A stretch of DNA of 63,887 nucleotides, counting the filler, from Vicugna vicugna (Eukaryota): NCBI GenBank assembly GCA_013265495.1. It is 79 parts of 74 records of this genome, joined end to end, with 100 filler letters (N's around TTAATTAATTAA, not from the genome) between each part and the next. Parts side by side here need not be neighbours in the genome. Positions count along the whole stretch, not along the records: positions 61,850 to 62,668 come from MU060577.1; positions 62,769 to 63,317 come from MU060578.1; positions 63,418 to 63,887 come from PNXW01014983.1; 76 more parts are not named here. The stretch is one strand, 5' to 3'. Below the pieces are notes generated by a model, which did not search any database, was not told where the DNA came from, and was given only the letters and a program-made list of their open reading frames with translations. Both the position numbers and the translations under genes were made by a program. Shown piece by piece: positions 61,850 through 63,887 of this stretch. The first letter of the stretch is position 1. The number at the start of each line of letters is the position of its first letter.

Positions 61850-62668
61850 CTATATTCTAAATTCTGTGTTCTGCCTTCTATGTTCAAATTTCTGGGTTCT
61901 GCATTCTGTATACTATATTCTATGTTCTGTGTTCTACATTCTGTATCCTACATTCTATATTTTGAATTCTGTATTCTATATTGTAAATTCTGTGTTCTTA
62001 ATTCCATGTTCTAAATTNNNNNNNNNNNNNNNNNNNNNNNNNNNNNNNNNNNNNNNNNNNNNNNNNNNNNNNNNNNNNNNNNNNNNNNNNNNNNNNNNNN
62101 NNNNNNNNNNNNNNNNNNNNNNNNNNNNNNNNNNNNNNNNNNNNNNNNNNNNNNNNNNNNNNNNNNNNNNNNNNNNNNNNNNNNNNNNNNNNNNNNNNNN
62201 NNNNNNNNNNNNNNNNNNNNNNNNNNNNNNNNNNNNNNNNNNNNNNNNNNNNNNNNNNNNNNNNNNNNNNNNNNNNNNNNNNNNNNNNNNNNNNNNNNNN
62301 NNNNNNNNNNNNNNNNNNNNNNNNNNNNNNNNNNNNNNNNNNNNNNNNNNNNNNNNNNNNNNNNNNNNNNNNNNNNNNNNNNNNNNNNNNNNNNNNNNNN
62401 NCTATATTCTGTGTATTCTGTATTGTGCATTCTATACTATGTATTCTGTATCCTATATTCTTTATTATGTGTTCGGATTTCCATGTTCTATATTCTCAGT
62501 TCTGTATTCTGCATTCTATATTATATATTCTGTGTTATACTTTGTATATTCTACATTCTATATTGTGTTCCCTGTCTTCTAAATTTTGTGTTCTGAATCC
62601 CATGTTCTAAATTCTGGTTTCTCTTTTCTGTATTCTATATAAAATATTCTGTGTTCTAAATTCTATAT
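61850..62668 (+). repeat. Satellite E (heptamer)
   Basis: Same TTCnnnn units. Confidence 0.95.
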
Positions 62669-62768
62669 NNNNNNNNNNNNNNNNNNNNNNNNNNNNNNNN
62701 NNNNNNNNNNNNTTAATTAATTAANNNNNNNNNNNNNNNNNNNNNNNNNNNNNNNNNNNNNNNNNNNN

Positions 62769-63317
62769 TTAGGCTTTCCATTAGAACCCAAGCGCTGCCG
62801 ACCGTTGGTGGAAGCTCCCTACGCTCAGGATTACGGAATCATTGTCAGTGCGTTGGGGAAGTCGAGAGACAACTCCACGCAGCTCTCTTCAGTCACAGTT
62901 GTTCCCTGTTCGGGGAAGTCCGAGAAATACCTTCCCTGACCTTGGGGAAGCAGCCTCTGTCACTGGGATATCCTGCAAACGCCCCTAGCATTCCCTACCA
63001 CAGAGATATTAGCAAAACCCTCAGGGGAGACGAGCTTATGCTTTCCGTTAGAACCCACGCGCTGCCGACCGTTGGTGGAACCTCCCCACGCTCAGGATTN
63101 NNNNNNNNNNNNNNNNNGGAGGTCGAGAGACAACTCCACGCAGCTCTCTTCAGTCACAGGTGTTCCCTGTTCGGGGAAGTCCGAGAAAAAACTTCCCTGA
63201 CCTTGGTTAGGCAGCCTCTTTCAGTGGGATATCCTGCAAACACCTCTAGCATTCCCTGGTATATAGATATTTGGAAAATCCTCAGGGGAGACGAGCTTAG
63301 GCTTTCTGTTAGAACCC
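62769..63317 (+). repeat. Satellite A (267-bp)
   Basis: About two monomers. Confidence 0.95.
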
Positions 63318-63417
63318 NNNNNNNNNNNNNNNNNNNNNNNNNNNNNNNNNNNNNNNNNNNNTTAATTAATTAANNNNNNNNNNNNNNNNNNNNNNNNNNN
63401 NNNNNNNNNNNNNNNNN

Positions 63418-63887
63418 ATTCTGTGTTTTATATTTTAAATTCTGTGTTCTTCAATCCATGTTTCAAATCCTATATTCACTATTCTGTATTCAATATTCTA
63501 AAATCTGTGTTCTGCATTCTATGTTCTAAATTCTATATTCAGTGTTCTGTATTCTATATTCTAAATTCTGTGTTCTGCATTCCGTGTTCTAACTTCTGGG
63601 TTCTATATTCACTATTCTATATTCTATATTTGTGATCTTCATTCTATATTCTACATACTATATTACTATATTGTGCATTCCCTATTCTATATTGTATATT
63701 CTGTGTTCTACATTCTATATTCTTAAATCTTTATTCAGTATTCTGTATTCTATATTCTAAATTCTCTGTTCTGAATTCAATTTCTATATTCTGGGGACTA
63801 TATTCTCTATTCTATATTCTATATTTTGTGTTCTACCGTCTGTATTCTACCTTCTATATTCTCCATTCCGTAGTCTATTTTCTATAT
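63418..63887 (+). repeat. Satellite E (heptamer)
   Basis: Same TTCnnnn units to the end of the window. Confidence 0.95.

Noticed and set aside
681..63373. Regularly recurring palindromic 12-mer with unique intervening sequences, superficially CRISPR-like
   Set aside because: It always sits inside exactly 44+44 N. It is an assembly linker, the spacers are 0.15-1.6 kb of mammalian DNA, and there are no cas genes.
5768..63887. All six heptamer-satellite scaffolds show the T-rich strand on +
   Set aside because: The orientation of unplaced scaffolds is arbitrary or assembler-determined, and the sample is small.

Overview
This window is not a contiguous locus. It is about 79 tiny unplaced scaffolds (roughly 0.15-1.6 kb each, many with internal N gaps) joined by an artificial 100-bp linker (N44-TTAATTAATTAA-N44, about 78 copies), so adjacency across a linker has no biological meaning. 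The DNA is mammalian and most likely camelid: it holds a Vic-1-like tRNA-derived SINE, MIR, L2, L1 and ERV fragments. Satellite DNA dominates and falls into five classes. (A) A homogeneous CpG-rich 267-bp monomer. (B) A CpG-depleted, diverged ~258-268-bp relative of A whose monomer variants recur in order. (C) A 248-bp monomer. (D) A ~744-bp unit made of three diverged ~248-bp subunits homologous to C. (E) A TTCnnnn heptamer satellite with a 62-63-bp superperiod. Genic and viral fragments include a JSRV-like betaretroviral 5' end (perfect tRNA-Lys3 PBS, gag MA broken only by an 11-bp duplication), a decayed class I ERV pol piece, a frameshifted ANKRD26-like first exon and one intact AKR1C-family exon. 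Three pairs of scaffolds are paralogous copies of each other. No complete gene, RNA gene or CRISPR array is supported. Most ORF-track entries are artefacts of N runs or satellites. Family names come from recalled consensus sequences, not from database searches.
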